DNA of 63,038 bases, filler included, from Basidiobolus ranarum (Eukaryota): NCBI GenBank assembly GCA_040143965.1. It is 22 parts of 22 records of this genome, joined end to end, with 100 filler letters (N's around TTAATTAATTAA, not from the genome) between each part and the next. Parts side by side here need not be neighbours in the genome. Positions count along the whole stretch, not along the records: positions 60,284 to 63,038 come from JASJQH010009879.1; 21 more parts are not named here. One strand, given 5' to 3'. Both the position numbers and the translations under genes were made by a program. The notes beneath the pieces were generated by a model that saw only the letters and a list, made by a program, of their open reading frames with translations, had not been told where the DNA came from and ran no database searches. Shown one piece after another: positions 60,898 to 63,038 of the stretch. The first letter of the stretch is position 1. Every line of letters starts with the position of its first letter.

Positions 60898-63038
60898 TTG
60901 TAAAAGTGTAAGAAAGCCAGTAAACACCTGGAAATTAAGATTGAATTGAACTCTCCACTCCTCAACAATCAAAGCTGCTTCCTTTACTGTAAGCATTATG
61001 AGTGGACTAATGTTTGCCAATAACAAAGAGTTCATAACAAAACCATTGTCTTCTTCAACTTCTGATATACTAGCATTGGTGCTGGAATAACCAAGGTCAA
61101 CATCTAGCAGCAAGTCCTCAAAGTTGTGTGGACTTACTGGTTTGACCAAAGTTGCATATTAATCTACATCATTCTGGTCATATAATTGTGGTAACTTCAT
61201 GGTATACTGACTTTTGACAGTGTTACTTAAACTTTTAGGCAAACTTCAGTCAGTGGACTCAATGGGCAAATCTAATTTGATTTAGTGCACTTATTACTGT
61301 TGTTATACACCAGGCTTTGTGCAGCTGGTGGCTTTGTACAGTGACCATACTTGTGGTTATTTTTTCTATGAACCCTCCAGCTTTCATAGCACAAGAATTT
61401 GCATCAATAATAGCAGGGCTTCTTTAAATGTTAGTGTTGCAGCATGCAAAGGATATGGTAGAGAAAAGAACACCTCCCATGTAAGGGTGATATTTTAGGT
61501 ATACACATCAATATCATCAGCTGATTCTGAGATGGTGTCACAAATTAGTCATCAGGGGAATTACAAGAAATTTCTGGTAATGACTGACAAATTTGATTTT
61601 TTATAAGCTTTTTCTGAGCAATTTCATTACACAAGGTCATCATATGATATTTTCAATGCCATTCAAAAAGCATTCAAAATGCAAGTCAAAGCCTGCTGGA
61701 ACAAAAGGAAAAAAACCAGCAAGAACAGTGGACTTAATTGATGAACAGTCTAGCGATCCACTATCCACTTTGGAATGCGTTAACATGCCAGAAACTAATG
61801 CAAATAATGGTGAATCATTAATCAATTTATCAGATGTGTTCCTTTCCAGCAATAGTGCAACAGAAGAGTTTGTGATCCTCTAATTATGTAGTGAATCAAC
61901 AATTGAGCAACATACAATGAAAACACTGTCATGACCATCAACTTCCAAAATGGCTACTTTGCCCACTATTGAACAACACTTAGTAGAAAATTGGGAAAGA
62001 ATTATTACAATAAGTGAATTGCAGGCAGAACACTGTATTGATTTGTATGTAATCCTAAGTAAAAACTATGAAGTTGCTATACAGGCCATGACAAGCTTAT
62101 ATGCGGCAATATTGAAATTAATGCAGTGTTCAGAAGTAACTAGTCAACAATTAAAGAGTCACTCAACGCTGATACAAGACCTTCAGAATGCTGTACCTAA
62201 GCTACAGCAACATGCTGCTCTCTCCATCCATTCTCATATGGGATTTCAATCAACCCCACACCATACATATGAACATCACTTTGACAATCTAGCAGAGCAG
62301 AATATGTGTTGGACCATTAAGCCTACACAATCACCAGACATTGCTTGGGCATACTAAAGTAGAAATCTTATAGGAAAACTGGCCTACCAAAAGACTTAAA
62401 ATGTCAGAGCTGCCGTCACTTGCTCTGATGATGAGTGGTTTAACATTTTGGAAACTGTGTGGAATCTTGCCCAAAATTACCTGGATTTGAGCCGATGGTA
62501 GAAAAACCAAGAACCCAGCATTACTCTGAAGGTTCTTGACTTATTTCATTTAGCTTATCCTGGGATTTTGCAAGCAAATGGCAGTTGGGCTAGTATAGGC
62601 CTATTCATGAAGCATACAAAAATGTACCCAATTATTGACTTGGAAAAGAATGAAAAGCTGCCAAGAAGTACTAAAGGAGCAGGAAGTTAGCAAACTTGAG
62701 GGAAAAGCAGAGGAGCCAGTGAGTTTAGGCTCTACGGTCCCACTTACCAAATTTTTCATACCATTACGAAGATATGCAATTCCAGAGAGAGATTTACTGG
62801 AAAAAAAGCTTAATATCACCGTGGAACCAGGTACACCAGTTGGAAGAGTGCTAAATTTGGAAGTTTATCCAACACCTGGCACCCCTCAACAAGCCAAAAG
62901 ACCAGCAAATAAAACTCATGGCTCTCCATTCTCAACTGGTACTTTTCAAAGTGTTCAAAGTAGCCCCAAGTTCAAAGGCAAGCAAAAAGCCACACAAACA
63001 CTGCAAAGTACCCTCAGTAGTGTCACACTATAAGGGCA
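60898..63038. mobile_element. CACTA-family copy: transposase 5' end (minus, about 61240-60898) divergent from ORF2 (plus, about 61590-63038)
   Basis: 60900-61880 is the reverse complement of 5766-6770; the ORF2 fragments match contigs 10 and 14. Confidence 0.85.

Overview
This window is not one locus. It is 22 unrelated contigs of about 2.76-2.78 kb, sorted by decreasing length and joined by artificial 100-nt linkers (44 N + TTAATTAATTAA + 44 N), so nothing can be inferred across a linker. The DNA is eukaryotic, AT-rich, with short GT-AG introns. The gene content looks fungal, probably an early-diverging lineage such as Basidiobolus/Zoopagomycota (an inference only). Host genes: glucosamine-6-phosphate deaminase (partial), Sec62, U2AF large subunit (partial), a PQ-loop protein, an alkyl/aryl sulfatase (partial), an S8 subtilisin plus a decayed duplicate, the Vps13 C-terminus, a small Rieske protein, a broken Cu-ATPase, an M14 carboxypeptidase, an alpha-arrestin and a COMT-like methyltransferase. 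More than half of the contigs are CpG-depleted nests of decayed Copia and Gypsy retroelements and DNA transposons. The most notable result is a roughly 5-kb CACTA/CMC-type DNA transposon reconstructed from fragments on seven contigs. It has CCCTAACAGAAA / CACTAACAAAA termini, a Transposase_21-type gene, and a divergently transcribed gene of about 600 aa that I cannot assign to a family. Also notable: a Copia family with TG...TA LTR ends and a half-tRNA primer site, a carboxypeptidase gene bracketed by 134-bp inverted repeats, and a bacterial-type sulfatase.
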